From: Anolis carolinensis
Taxonomy: Eukaryota
Reading direction: 5' to 3'
Length of the DNA: 64,000 bases
Assembly: GCF_035594765.1 (NCBI RefSeq)
Contig: NC_085841.1
Coordinates: forward strand, 300,957,402 to 301,021,401
Made by a program: the position numbers and the translations under genes. This document shows positions 1 through 11,690 of the stretch, piece by piece. Under the pieces are notes generated by a model. It made no database searches. It was not told where the DNA came from and worked only from the letters and a program-made list of their open reading frames with translations. The stretch's first letter is position 1. Each line of letters starts with the position of its first letter.

Positions 1-10
1 ATGAGGAAGA

Positions 11-928
11 TGTAACACCCCTAGGCAGCGTGAACACTGGGAACCAACACAGAGGCCAATAAACAATCTAATATCTTTATTAAAGCAATAAAAGTTTCAA
101 ACAAAAATAAGCAGAATAGATAGTCAAACAGTTGACCTTTTAAAAAAGATCAGAATTAGTCCAAAGAATGAAAGTTTTATGTCCAATATTAGAGTCCAAA
201 GTCCAAAATCCAATAACCGAAACACACTCAAACTTATTGGAAGTTTGAGTGGGGAAAGGAGCAAAGTTCCTCAGGAAAGTACTTGAAATAATAGTCCAAA
301 ACAAGGTTTCAAGGCAAGGCAAGGCTGTTCATGGTGGATCTGAAACGCAGTCCAAACTTGGCAAGGGACGAGCCGCTACGCCCGGTCTACTCGAGAGTAA
401 GCGTGCCAAAAGGCCGCTTAAAAGCTCAGGAACAAAAGACGATGTATTCTTCCGTTAGAAGTCCAGTTGACACCGCAACAGAGATTCTCTGTGCAGAACT
501 TTTATTGAAGTCCAAAAGCTTCCCCCAAGCAGGTGCGTGACTCCCCAAATGTTCCCATGAGAACAAGCTGCTAACAATGAGGCGCCAGATGCCTGCCTCC
601 TCAATTCTTCCCAGGAGAACTGGCTTAGCCACAATCTCCTCGCTCCGCTAATCTTACACTTCTCCTTAAACTTTGTCTTCGAGAGCGATCTGTTTGGAAA
701 GTAGCCCTTCTATCAAATTCTAAACTCTCCAGTGATCCGGGAAGAGCCGGCAACATTTCAAGGGCATTCCTAATTGGCTCTGGCTCTGGCTCTGTAATGT
801 CAACAGGAGACATCTGGAAAGGGATTGAATCTTGCTGATCTTGCTGAGGTGAGAAAAAACCCAAATTCTCTTCATTTTGATCTGCAATGGCTGTTGGATC
901 AGGGGCCAAAGGTACCTGAGACATCACA
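11..928 (-). mobile_element. Solo LTR (Gypsy-like LTR retrotransposon), copy 1, 918 bp
   Basis: Begins TGTAAC (11), ends ATCACA (928); perfect 5-bp TSD GAAGA at 6-10 and 929-933; AATAAA on the minus strand near 76-81; left end homologous to the LTR at 34588. Confidence 0.9.
625..927 (-). CDS. LTR-internal ORF (100 aa, acidic tract then basic LRRSVRL motif); probable Pol/integrase C-terminal extension or U3 accessory ORF
   Basis: Open from LTR base 2 (VMSQVP...) to TAA; C-terminus FDRRATFQTDRSRRQSLRRSVRLAERGDCG aligns without gaps to the ORF at 35191-35502. Confidence 0.65.
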   Translation of the reverse strand: MMSQVPLAPDPTAIADQNEENLGFFSPQQDQQDSIPFQMSPVDITEPEPEPIRNALEMLPALPGSLESLEFDRRATFQTDRSRRQSLRRSVRLAERGDCG

Positions 929-1804
929 GAAGAACACATGAGGAAGAAGAGGCTGCAACAGTTTGCCTTTGTCTCCATCCCATCTCTCTTCTTCTATTCA
1001 ATTAATGCTCTGCAAACTGCATTTCTTTTTGAACTCTTTGCAATTGAAGTAAGTCAAGATGAAGGTGGAATGTGGAAGGAGGAAGTGATAGTGGAACATA
1101 GTAAAAGACACTAAATAGAATGACAGAGGATTAATTAGATAGTTGGAGGTTATGTCATAGGCAGAAGATCCTATAATAGAAAGGAATTCGTTTTCTATCA
1201 TAATGTATCCCTGTCCATTGAAAAATAGCACTCAGCCATAATTTAAAAGGCATTAAAATAAATTAAGCAAAGAAAAACTCACTGTACTCACTGCAATGAA
1301 AACTAAGTATTTAAAACATCACAGTAATAAATATGTGTACTTACTATGTAATATATACTACTTACCACATTACTGATGCACACTGTTCATAGTACAATGT
1401 GATATGCATTGCATACAGTGTACTATATACTAAAGTAGTGAGAGGATTTGATTTCCTTCAGTACCTTCAGGAGAATGTAACTGTAAGGGTCCTCTCGATA
1501 CGAAAACCCACCCGCAACTAAAGCAAGTGGGAGCTCATCTCGGCTCCTCCTCCCTTGTTCGGCATCACAGTTTACTCTTTTTTTTATTAATTCCAGAAAA
1601 CAAAAATAAAACCCTCATTCCCTGAAAACTACTACCACCTAGTTACCTCTCCTCTATTAGAAAGTAAAAACACCTCTAAGGAAGCATTAAAACCAAAGCA
1701 GAAAGGAGATTCAAGTGTGCCAAGAAAAAAAAGAAAGGTTTATAAGGCAGCCCAGGGAGGACAGCTCCAGGAAGTCATCGCTCTTCCTTACCTGGAAGTG
1801 GGCA

Positions 1805-2040
1805 GCCTCCTTAAAATGCCTTGGAAAGAGTATGTGGCACCAGGAAGAGAAAGCGTGCATGCCTGTCTGCAGCGCCTCTTCTCCTCTAGAGTAGGAAACA
1901 GCTTTAAGAACTTGCCTCCTTTAAATGCCTTGGAAAGAGTGTGTGCGTAGGGTGCTGACCTGGGAGAGAAAGTGTGTGCACTTGCCTGCCTGCAATGCCT
2001 CTCCTCTCCTCCTCTAAGTAGGAAACAGCTTAAATGCCTA
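1805..2040. repeat. Degenerate ~110-bp tandem duplication inside an unclassified repeat-like segment
   Basis: AAATGCCTTGGAAAGAGT...GAGAAAG.GTG...TGCCTG.CTGCA..GCCTCT...AGTAGGAAACAGCTT occurs twice. Confidence 0.7.
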
Positions 2041-3574
2041 AAATGATGGGAAGGGGAGCCTGGGAAGCCCCCCATATTGGGCCAGATAGAAAATGAATCT
2101 TTTGACTCCTCAGAGTGAAAACAGATACCTGTCCTCCCAAATTTATGAGGCTCCTGAAAAAACAGATTGAGGCCCCACCAAAACCCAGGACACCAAAACA
2201 GATCGTGATTTACTCAGATTGCACAAGCCTACCTACCAGATTGTTGATGCTGAAGTATCAGTTGTTATAGTTTATTTTCCTTTGAATTTAAATTATTTTC
2301 AGTTTGGATGTAAACAGGATGTAAAATTTTTGGAAGGAAAATTCCTTAAATGGGCTTTATTATGAAACACCCAACAGTTAATTTTCTCCCAAAACTATAG
2401 TGTAAACATTGCTGTACATATTATCTTTGTCCATACATTGTCCATATAATGTCATGTTCAGCCTTTTAAAAGGAAAAACCCAGAACAATGTCCGAAGAAT
2501 TAATACCCTTGTAACGGCGGCTTTAAAGATCTGTGGCTCAGTATGACACTTGGCAAATCACATCCAAAGAAGACAGAGAATCATATTTCTACAGCTGCAC
2601 ATTATAAAACAACAGGCCAACTAGTCTAAATCATTAGGCAAGAAAAACATCGGCAACAAAAGCCAGGTCACTGCATGGAACACACCATCTGTCATTCTTT
2701 CCAGTTGAGCCCTGAACTGGAGAACAATTTCAAAGTTTAGTTTTGATCTTTCACAGGATGAATACATGGAACACCATTCCTAACCTCTTATTCCTAACCT
2801 TTTATTGACCCCAACTTGACTGAAGATTGGATTAGCTGCTAAAATGAATAGCTGGGGTTATATAAGTCATTTATATAGCCTGTAGAATCAAAATATGCGT
2901 AATGTGTCCAACTGAATGAGTTATCAGTTAGTCAACTATTAACTCAGAGTCTTATAAACAAACATCACTTTGAAAAAGGATTTCTCATGTGCAGTTGCTT
3001 CTGCTTGTAGCATTATGTGCAAGCTTCAATGCTGATTTCATAATTTATTGGAATAAATGGCATCAAAGGAGCAGTTTAGGGTTCTACATCCTTGCCATGC
3101 TTTTTTTTTTTGCTAATTTATATTTTTCCATATTCTGTGATTTATTGTTATTTCCAACCTATGAAGAACCTAAGGCAAACCCATCACAATTGTGCACTTG
3201 CTGATGTCTGAGTTCTTTCTTAGTGCCCTTAACATAACTCTTTAAAATGTCTTTATGATCTGAAAATTAGTTACACAGATGAAAGGGAACATGCGAGAGG
3301 AGTTACTTTTTTTACAAGAGTGGCTTCCTAACTGAGCTGTGGTGGGATGCTCTGTTTTTAGAGTGTCAGTAGACATTTAATCTAGATACAGTGGCATCTG
3401 CCTTAGTTACTTTGTTAATTTCTGGAATGTGCTTCACCCACCCTGAATTTGCCAGATGAGCTAGGCTGTTGATAACAGCCTGCTGTGAAGGTCTTTCATT
3501 CATAGGGGACCATAAGTCTAAGTTAACCTGACAACACTTAACAACACTAATATATTTTAAAATAGTACTGCCTT

Positions 3575-3870
3575 TTAAGAGTGCTCAGAAACTTCAGGTG
3601 GTCTGAAAAACTGCAGTCAGATTGTCAATTTGGACAGGTTACAGAAAGAACACAATTTCCTTGTTGCAACAGTTCCATTGGTGGCTGAACAATTTCTTAG
3701 CATAATTCAAAGTGGTTTCTATGACATATAAAGCCATTACAACACAGTTTAAATATCTTTGATGGAGTGTATTATCCTATACAAACTCATCTATGTTTTC
3801 TGATCTTCTGGGAAGATTCTTCTCTCCAGCCCACCATTTGAGGACATGGACATCTGAGGCTTTCTCAGAT
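3575..3870 (+). mobile_element. Old L2-type LINE 3' fragment
   Basis: AGAGTGCTCAGAAACTTCAG.TGGTC and downstream sequence resemble 5611-5770 of the L2 copy; heavily decayed. Confidence 0.6.
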
Positions 3871-4914
3871 CCTATAAGTACAATTGTGCAAGTTTCCAGG
3901 ACTTGGGGGAGTCTACACTTCTAGAGGTCTATTCATATTGGCATATTGTCTCCCCTGACTCAGAGAGAAATGCTGGCATGTAGATGTCCAGGTAGGGCAT
4001 ATATAATAAGAGGCAGACACTGTAGAATGGTCCTAGAGACCCTTTAATAACATAACATCTTTTTCATGTTTAAATAAAGCTAATGGCATGCCTTCTGAAA
4101 GTTCAACACATAACTCCCTGGATGTTTGAAGGGGGCAGAGGAAATGTTTTTAACAGTGGTCTCTTGCCTTTGGAATCCATACCCCAAGAAACTTACCTTC
4201 CTGGTAGAGTTTCTTTCATGTTTTTGTACCGTTCCATCCATTCAGATGGCACAGAATGATACAACCTCCTCCAGAATGAAAGGAGCAGCAAAACGGAAAA
4301 AAGGGGGCAACAGTAGACATTTGGTAGGCAGATTTTTGACACTTGGCTGTAGGCCCTGGCTGTCAGGGCCTATAGCCAAGTGCCGGGTGCTCAATGCTTG
4401 TAGGCCTGGCAGGCAGGGCCTACAGCTGAGCACCAGGCCCACTCAGATGTAGGCCCTGGTGTTTTGCCGCCTACAGCCCAAAAATCTTTGGTTTTTTTGG
4501 ACCTTGGGTGGAAAAGCTCATTTATATAGGCACCCGTGGCATACAGAAATGGAAACGGGGCCATGCAAATGGGACAAATAGAAACGGGTAGTGATTCCAT
4601 ACAATAGCATGAGATTGCTTCGTCATGCCATCATTAGTCTCATCTAGACCAATGTTAATACAAATGGTGTCCCCTGGACTGTTCCCAGTCCTTGATCCAT
4701 TAGTTACCAACACCTGATAAGTTTCCAGAAAAGAAACAATTGTAGTTGATGACATAAATATGGTGACAGTCTCAGGTACTTTGGCGCAGCAGCGGTGGAG
4801 GCGGAGGGGGAAGGGTAACGACCAGTCGCCCACATCAAATAAGAGAAGCATCAGTTTAGGTCAGCCTTCCCAAACCCTCACCTGCAAGGTTTGTTGGATA
4901 GATCTATGTTAGAT

Positions 4915-6230
4915 CTTAGGAAAGAGCTATACAAGGGAGTATGTCTCTGTTAGTTCTCGTGGATCTCTCAGGGCTTTCAATGCCATTTATCATGGTATAC
5001 TTCTGAGTTGTCTCACTGGGATGGGACTGGGAAGCATTGTCTTATATTGGCTCCAGTCCTTCCTGCAGGGTTGCATCCAGAAGGTGGTGCTGGGGGACTC
5101 CTGTTCAAATCCCCGACCATTGACTTGTGGGGTTCCTCAGGGTTCTATTTTGTCTCCCATGCTGTTTAACATATCCATGAAACTGCTGGGAGAGGTCATC
5201 CAGAGTTTTGAGTATGGTACCACCTATATGCAGATGTCACCCAACTCTACTCCTTTCCACCTAATACCAAGGAAGCTGTCCTGACCCTAAAACAATGCCT
5301 ATCATCAGTAATGGACTGGATTAGGAAAAAATGAAACTTAATCCAACAAGACAGAGATCCAGCCTGTGCTGGATGGGGTCACACTTCCTCTGAAGACACA
5401 AGTCTGCAGTTTGGGGGTCCTCCTGGACTCGGCGCAGAACTTGGAGGTCTAAGTGTTGGTGGTGGCTGGCCAGGAGGGTTTTTGCACAATTGAAGCTTGT
5501 GCTACAACTGCACCCGTTCCTTGAGAAGCAAGGTCTGGCCACAGTGGTACATGCTTTACTTACATCCTGTCTGGAATGCTGTAACATGCTCTATGTGGGG
5601 CTGCTTATGAAGAGTGCTCAGAAACTTCAGCTGGTCCAAAGAGCTGCAGCCAGGTTTCTAACTGTGGCTGGCTACAGAGAGCGGACAACACCACTGTTGC
5701 AGCAACTAGACTAGTCTGTTTCTGGGCACAATTCAAAGCACTGGATATGACCATTAAAGCCCTAGACAGGTCCAGTCTATTTGGCTGTCCACATCCCCTT
5801 GAACGAACCTGCCTGGGCCCTGAGATATTCAGGGGAAGCCCTTCTCTCGATCCCATCTCCATCTCAAGCTTGGTTGTTGAGAACGAGAGAGTGGGCCTTC
5901 TCAGTGGCTACCCCTCGACTCTGAAACTCCCTGCCCAGGGAAGCCAGAATGACACCCTTCCTGCTGTCCTTCTGATGGCAGACTACAATCTTTTTATTTA
6001 GGCAGGCTTTTAAAGATGAAGGTTTTAAGACCAATTCAAGGGTGCTGTGTTTATTTAAACTTTGAATATGTTTTAATGGTTTTTAACTGGGATTTTTTTA
6101 AAAATTCTGTTTGTATTTAATGATATTTTAATGTTTGCATAGTATGCTGATACTTTTATGTTAAGCCGCTTTCAGTCTCCTGCAGGAGAGATAAAGCAGG
6201 GTATAAATAAATATAATAGTAATAATAATA
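4915..6230 (+). mobile_element. L2-clade LINE, 5'-truncated, frameshifted RT and 3' UTR
   Basis: RT motifs W..SFL.G..Q.V.LG....P..LTCGVPQGSILSPMLFNI, a YADV-like motif, and ATVVHALLTS.LE.CN.LYVGL..KLQLVQRAAAR; ends GGAGAGATAAAGCAGGGTATAAATAAA plus a (TAA)n tail. Confidence 0.9.
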
Positions 6231-7240
6231 TTAAGATGTAAAATTATAAAAACAAGAGATTATTCACTAATATTATACTACTTAAAGTAGCAATCCTTGC
6301 ACTGTATGTGTGTGCCTTCATGCTGCCTGTAGACTTATGGTAGCCCCATGAATTTCATAGATTTTTCTTGGGTATATCTGACCGTTAAACTTGTCAATCC
6401 TCTGTTTTTATATTCTTTTCTCTATTGCTTCTTTCAGAATTCTGAACACTGTGATTGACTAACTCTTCTCAATCAAGGAAGTGCCCCTTTTCACAGTGCC
6501 CATCATCCATGACAAATCAATGTTCATGTCTACTGGGGTGGTAGGCTGTGTAGCTCAACACATTACTGAATTAGTGAAGCTAGATTTAGGCCTTTATTAC
6601 TATCAACTTTTGTTGTCCTTATGTTTTTAAGATCAGTTGCTGTTTAAGCAAATGGTTGCTTATATTATTGCTTTCTGTTTACTTCATTGTCTCTTCCTTC
6701 TTTGCTAACTATTTTAGGAACATAAACAGAAGATGATGCTAAAAATTATGTAAATAAATAATAACCAGTCAATTTCAGTTGCCTTGTTTCATGTGAGAAA
6801 TAGAAAACATGGTCTGTTGTTGCACCCTAGTGGTATATCACAACCTCTACACTACAGTATATGTCTGTAGTGCTCACTTTTCAAGTGTGTTAAAATAACT
6901 TTTTTAAAAAGGAACAGTATTCCCCAATTTGCTAGTCTCAGCCTCATAATATAAATGAAAAAATGGTCAGAGGCATATTCTTGTGATCCTCACATGTTCA
7001 AAAGTTTAGCCACAGCTATATGACTATGTGCAGCTTCATCACACATTCTCAAAATGTCTCTCTCTTTATGCTGACCATTCACTACAATAGAACCTGGTAC
7101 AGTCAAAAAGATGCTGTAATCTTTGAAGTGTCTGATGTCAAAGATGCTGATCAACTGAATTAGTCCTTACTGTTCCTCTTCCAGCCTGAGTTGCTGCAGC
7201 ACTGAACGGTCTCCTCTTCAATAGGCTTTTCTCTCACACA

Positions 7241-7378
7241 GGTCCCTTCCACACTGCCGCTATATCCTAGGATCTGAACCCAGATTATCTTTTTATCCCA
7301 TATTATCTGCCAGTGGAGACTCATATAATCCAATTTAAAGCAGATAATCCTGGGATATAGCGCACTGTAGAAGGGGCC
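7241..7378. mobile_element. Palindromic MITE, PIF/Harbinger-like (TCTACAC/TCCACAC family)
   Basis: TIRs GGTCCCTTCCACA.TG / CACTGTAGAAGGGGCC; internal CAGATTATC palindromes. Confidence 0.75.
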
Positions 7379-7391
7379 TCTGTATTTCTAA

Positions 7392-7528
7392 GGCCCCTTT
7401 CATACAGCTATAAAATCCACATTGAATTGGATTATCTGGCAGTATGGAGTGGGATAATCCAGTTCAAAGAAGATATTGTGGATTATGTGCCTTGATATTC
7501 TGGATTATATGGCTGTGTGGAAGAGCCC
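7392..7528. mobile_element. Palindromic MITE, PIF/Harbinger-like
   Basis: GGCCCCTTTCATACAGC ... GCTGTGTGGAAGAGCCC; same family as 26063-26196. Confidence 0.75.
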
Positions 7529-7916
7529 TAACACTCACAGGAGGGAGGACTAGGAGCAGCTGATCTGACCTTGTGCTATCTTGCATGTGATGCCTATCCT
7601 TTTGAGTTGCAGGGGAGCCCAGAGTGCTGGCATGAAGGTGAGCCATCCATCTACCACCTCTTGACCAGGAAGCATGGGTCTCTCTGTGTGTATCCCTCTC
7701 ATTTCCCCCGGGACTAGGGATCAGGATTGGGCACCTAATTAGATACAGGGACAGATACTTTTGGAGACAAGAATTATCTCCACTTTGCATGCTCAAAGAG
7801 TGAGCACCAAATAGTACCATATGACTCCTTCGAGAAAGGAATTTCTAGGTAATTTAGTAATTTAGTTCATTTACGAATCTTTGAAAGAAGGTTATTCTTT
7901 GAAAAGAAGGACACTA

Positions 7917-8040
7917 TGACCCCATCTACACTGCAATATAAAATCCAGATTATCTTCTTTGAACTGGATTATACGGCAGTGTAGATTCAGATAAACCAGT
8001 TCAAAACTGATCATCCGGATAGATCAAATGTAGATCCAAC
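7917..8040. mobile_element. Palindromic MITE, PIF/Harbinger-like
   Basis: CCCATCTACACTGC.ATATAAAATCCAGATTATC ... TGTAGATCC. Confidence 0.7.
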
Positions 8041-8317
8041 CTGTATTGAGAGACCTTTGTCTTCTCATAGTTTATGGTATTAGTTTCCACTCCTCTTTAA
8101 GGGCTTGTTTACATGGACTAAAAATGTATTCACCTCACATTCACTGTGACCTGGAGAAATTATGTTCTTGACAATTCACTTAAAATGTTGATTTTTTAGG
8201 CTCCAAACCTGTTAAAAAACTATTTAAAATGTTTGGCATGTGGCTGGCCCTCCACGGTGTTATGGGGAGGATTGAATTGCGATGGAAGAACAGGCTGCTG
8301 GCAATGACCTGGCCCCT

Positions 8318-8677
8318 TAGAATCATATAATCATCGAGTCCAACCCCTGGCCAAGAAGCAGGAAAATCACAATCTCTGGGGCAGAGAGTTCAATTGCTGA
8401 ACAGCTCTCACAGTGAGAAAGTTCTTCCTAATGTTCAGGTGGAATCTCTTTTCCTGTAGTTTGAAGCCGTTGTTCTGCATCCTAGTCTCCAGGATAGCAG
8501 AAAAAACCTTGTTCCCTCCTCCCTATGATTTTCCCTCACATGGCCCTCATCATGTCTCTTCTCAGCCTTCTCTTTTGCAGGCTAAACATGCCCAGCTCTT
8601 TAAGCCACTCCTCATAGGGCTTGTTCTCCAGACCTTTTATCATTTTAGTTGCCCTCCTCTGGACACATTCCAGCTTG
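8318..8677 (-). mobile_element. CR1 LINE 3' end, with internal deletions
   Basis: (ATTCTATG)-like tail (AGAATCATATAATCAT on +); reverse strand encodes CR1 ORF2 C-terminal motifs [31 protein letters not shown] and RFHLNIRKNFLTVRAVQQ.N. Confidence 0.9.
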
Positions 8678-8690
8678 TGGTTCTTTAGGA

Positions 8691-9035
8691 CAGGATTTCT
8701 TAAGCTATTTCCACTTCTGAACCCTTTTCACCCAAGAACATTTTTCATGGCTCCGGGTCTATAAGTAAATAAAATAGGTATAAAAATTAAGTATTTACAG
8801 ATAACAAATCAGCAATTTCAAGGATTGCTTAAAAATGGATTTTCATTTTTATGAACTACAGCTGAAGCATTTTTTGCAGAGTCCACTGTAAAAACTGCAC
8901 ATTGTTGCTAACAGATCTGTGTAAATGTCTAGATGCCATTCAGAAACCTTTTATTGTTGCCAAATTTGTTGCAACCTCAACATTGAGCTAAGGGAACTCC
9001 ATTTGGGGTAAGAACCAACAGTTTAAGAAATAGTG
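8691..9035. mobile_element. Non-autonomous hAT element
   Basis: Imperfect TIR CAGGATTTCTTAA / TTAAGAAATAGTG; 8-bp TSD CTTTAGGA / CTTTAGGG. Confidence 0.75.
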
Positions 9036-9746
9036 CTTTAGGGGAATGTGGTAGACAGGGATCACTGGGAAAGTGAGGAGGATGCCAATAATTGGGAAAA
9101 GGGTTTAGAAAGTGATCATCTTTGTATTAGGAACATGGTAAATGGAGTGAGGGGCTGGCCCTTTTGCAGGACATGGAAGGACAGAAGGTGTGCAGCAGGA
9201 GGAGTAAGGTAAGGAGGTTGAGCTAGTTAAGCTGTGGCGATAAACTTACAATTAAGCACATCCTTTGATTGACAAGAAATACATGCATGCATGATGAGAA
9301 GCAAGTGAAGTAGCCACGGTCATATGGTCAAAAGAGATGTAAAAGATTGGAGATTGTTGACTTCTCCCTTGCACTGAGTTGAGTTTGCCAGGGGAAAATA
9401 TGTGGCCATTTATGGTGATCTCCCCACAATGTCTATGATGTGTGTGCTGTTAACAGGGTTCCTGCAAGGTCACTGCAGACTGGGAGACTGCAGAGTGAAA
9501 CAGATGTTTTTCATCAGTGTTGACATAAGAATATGACTCAGGCAATAATATAACATTTCCACCAGCAACTCTGTTTTCACATTTTTCTGAGACACACATA
9601 CAGATTGAGAGAGAGAGAGAGAGGATATTCATACCAACTGTGCAAATTGTTTTGGTTTTTGACTTCGGCATAGATTTAGCTAACTTTCAGTATGTCAAGT
9701 GCGTTGTACATTGGTGCTACTCCAGAATAGAATTCCTTTCCCTCTA

Positions 9747-9964
9747 GGGTGCATCTACACTGTAAAATTAATGCACTTTGACACTTCTTCAACTGCCATG
9801 GTTTGATGCTATGGAATCCTGGGATTTGTAGTGAGACACCAGCACTCTTTAACGGAGAAGGCTAAAAACCTTGTAAAACTACAACTCCCATGATTCCATA
9901 GCATTGATCCAGGCAGTTTAAGTGGTGTCAAACTGCATTAATTCTACAATGTAGATGTGTGCCC
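9747..9964. mobile_element. Palindromic MITE, PIF/Harbinger-like (GGGTGCATCTACAC subfamily)
   Basis: Near-complete fold-back; paralogous full copy at 38648-38873 and a partial copy near 32325-32485. Confidence 0.8.
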
Positions 9965-10054
9965 TTCATGATCAGGAAGCTAAACAACCCATGGAATTTC
10001 AAAAAGGTTTCAGACATGTGTGATTCTCGATAAGTTCTAATGAAGCCTTTGGCT

Positions 10055-10200
10055 GTAATACACTGTCATATAATTCAGTCTGAACTGCTTTATTTGAGTC
10101 AGCACAGACCCATATAATGCAATTCAAACTGCGTTATGTGGGTGTACACTGACCATATAATGCAGTCTAAACTGAATTATATGGCAATGTAGATTCATCC
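10055..10200. mobile_element. Palindromic MITE, Harbinger-like (CATATAATGCAG subrepeats)
   Basis: TACACTG.CATATAA ... TTATATGGCAATGTAGA; paralogues at 28848-28947, 39376-39474 and 46869-47075. Confidence 0.65.
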
Positions 10201-10558
10201 TTAGACAGGACAGAAATCTCAGGAAGCATATGACTTCAAAGGGTAAAACCTACACTTTAATTTGGGCTTTACAAAAGTGACAACCAATGCAGACCTTTTG
10301 GTACAGTATCATCATTGCTCTTAATTAAATGCCAATTCCATCATTTTTATTGCATTCTACTTTACTTTGTCTCGTTTATTCACATTCCCATTGGGCTAAA
10401 GCCTAGCAACAAAGCTCTAATTAAAAGACTTGGTTTTGCAAAATTAAAAACAGAACATCTATCAAGAGACTTTTAATCTCATGTGAGTCCCCAAAAATGC
10501 TAAGTGGATAAGAAAGGACTTATAATGATCTCAGTGGAATATGTTGTTTATAGAAGGC

Positions 10559-10712
10559 CAGGATAGAAATTCATGACTAATAAAGAGTCATCTCGATTGG
10601 GAAGATAACTAGTAGCTCTGAATTCTTTCCTTAATTTTTAAGAGGTGGAAAATTTAGTCAAAAAAACCGACCCCTCCCCCCAACTGCTTCATCTTATCCA
10701 TGGTCAATGTAA
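10559..10712. repeat. Left copy of a ~150-bp direct repeat (long TSD) flanking the RTE LINE
   Basis: CAGGATAGAAATTCATGAC...CCATGGTCAATGTAA recurs at 11691-11841 with about 4 differences. Confidence 0.95.
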
Positions 10713-11690
10713 CTTCTTAAGCGATCCCTCATAGGCCGAGGATGATGGCCTTCCAGTCGTGGGGTCCTGGGGATGTGTCCGTAGATGGCTGAAGAGACCT
10801 ATTCTTGATCTGCATGTTCTCCCGCAGTGAGGACATCGGTTTCCAGGTAGAAGGCAGTCCCGGTCAGGGTTGGCTTGATGTTCCTTCCTCTTGGCACGTT
10901 TCTCCCTTAAGCCCTCCATTCGTGCCTCTTCGAACTCCGCAGCACTGCTGGTCACAGCTGACCTCCAATTAGAGCGCTCAAGGGCCAGGGCTTCCCAGTT
11001 CTCAGTGTCTATGCCACAGTTTTTAAGGTTGGCTTTAAGCCCATCTTTAAATCTCTTTTCCTGCCCACCAACATTACGTTTCCTGTTCTTGAGTTCGGAG
11101 TTGAGCAACTGCTTTGGGAGACAGTGATCGGGCATTCGGACAACGTGGCCAGTCCAGCGGAGTTGATGGCACAGGAGCATCGCTTCAATGCTGGTGGTCT
11201 TTGCTTCCTCAAGCACGCTGACATTTGTCTGCCTGTCTTCCCAAGAGATTTGCAGGATTTTTCTGAGGCAACGCTGATGGAAACACTCCAGGAGTTTGGT
11301 GTGATGTCTGTAGACCGTACACGTTTCACAGGCGTAGAGCAGGGTTGGGAGGACAATGGTTTTATAAACAAGCACCTTGGTATCTGTACGGATGTCCCGG
11401 TCATCAAACACTCTCTGCTTCATTCTGAAAAATGCTGCGCTCACAGAGCTCAGGCGGTGTTGTATTTCAGTGTCAATGTTGACTTTTGTGGAAAGGTGGC
11501 TGCCAAGGTAGCGGAAATGGTTGACATTTTCTAATGTTACACCATTAAGCTGTATTCCTGGCATTGCAGAGGGATTGGCTAGTGCCTTTTGGAAGAGCAC
11601 TTTGGTTTTTTCGATGTTCAATGAGAGGCCGAGCTTCTTGTATGCTTCTGCGAAGGTGTTTAGAGTGGCTTGTAGGTCTTCTTCTGAGTG
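10713..11690 (-). mobile_element. RTE-clade LINE (RTE-1/Expander type), 5'-truncated, reading frame intact
   Basis: Uninterrupted frame HSEEDLQATLNTFAEAY.KLGLSLNIEKTKVL...FRYLGS...PTLLYACE...LRWTGHVVRM...C-terminal CPHC..HLRTH zinc finger; truncated just after the RT YADD motif. Confidence 0.95.

Noticed and set aside
928-978. N-terminal 17 codons (METKANCC...) of ORF 625-978
   Set aside because: They lie essentially outside the LTR, in the TSD and host flank; a fortuitous in-frame extension, although it does supply an ATG.
4340-4475. CRISPR-like or REP-like array
   Set aside because: Eukaryotic context, non-identical units, no repeat-spacer periodicity and no cas genes.
4775-4830. TGGCGCAG... 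as an LTR primer-binding site
   Set aside because: No adjacent LTR end (CA) or gag-like ORF could be identified.
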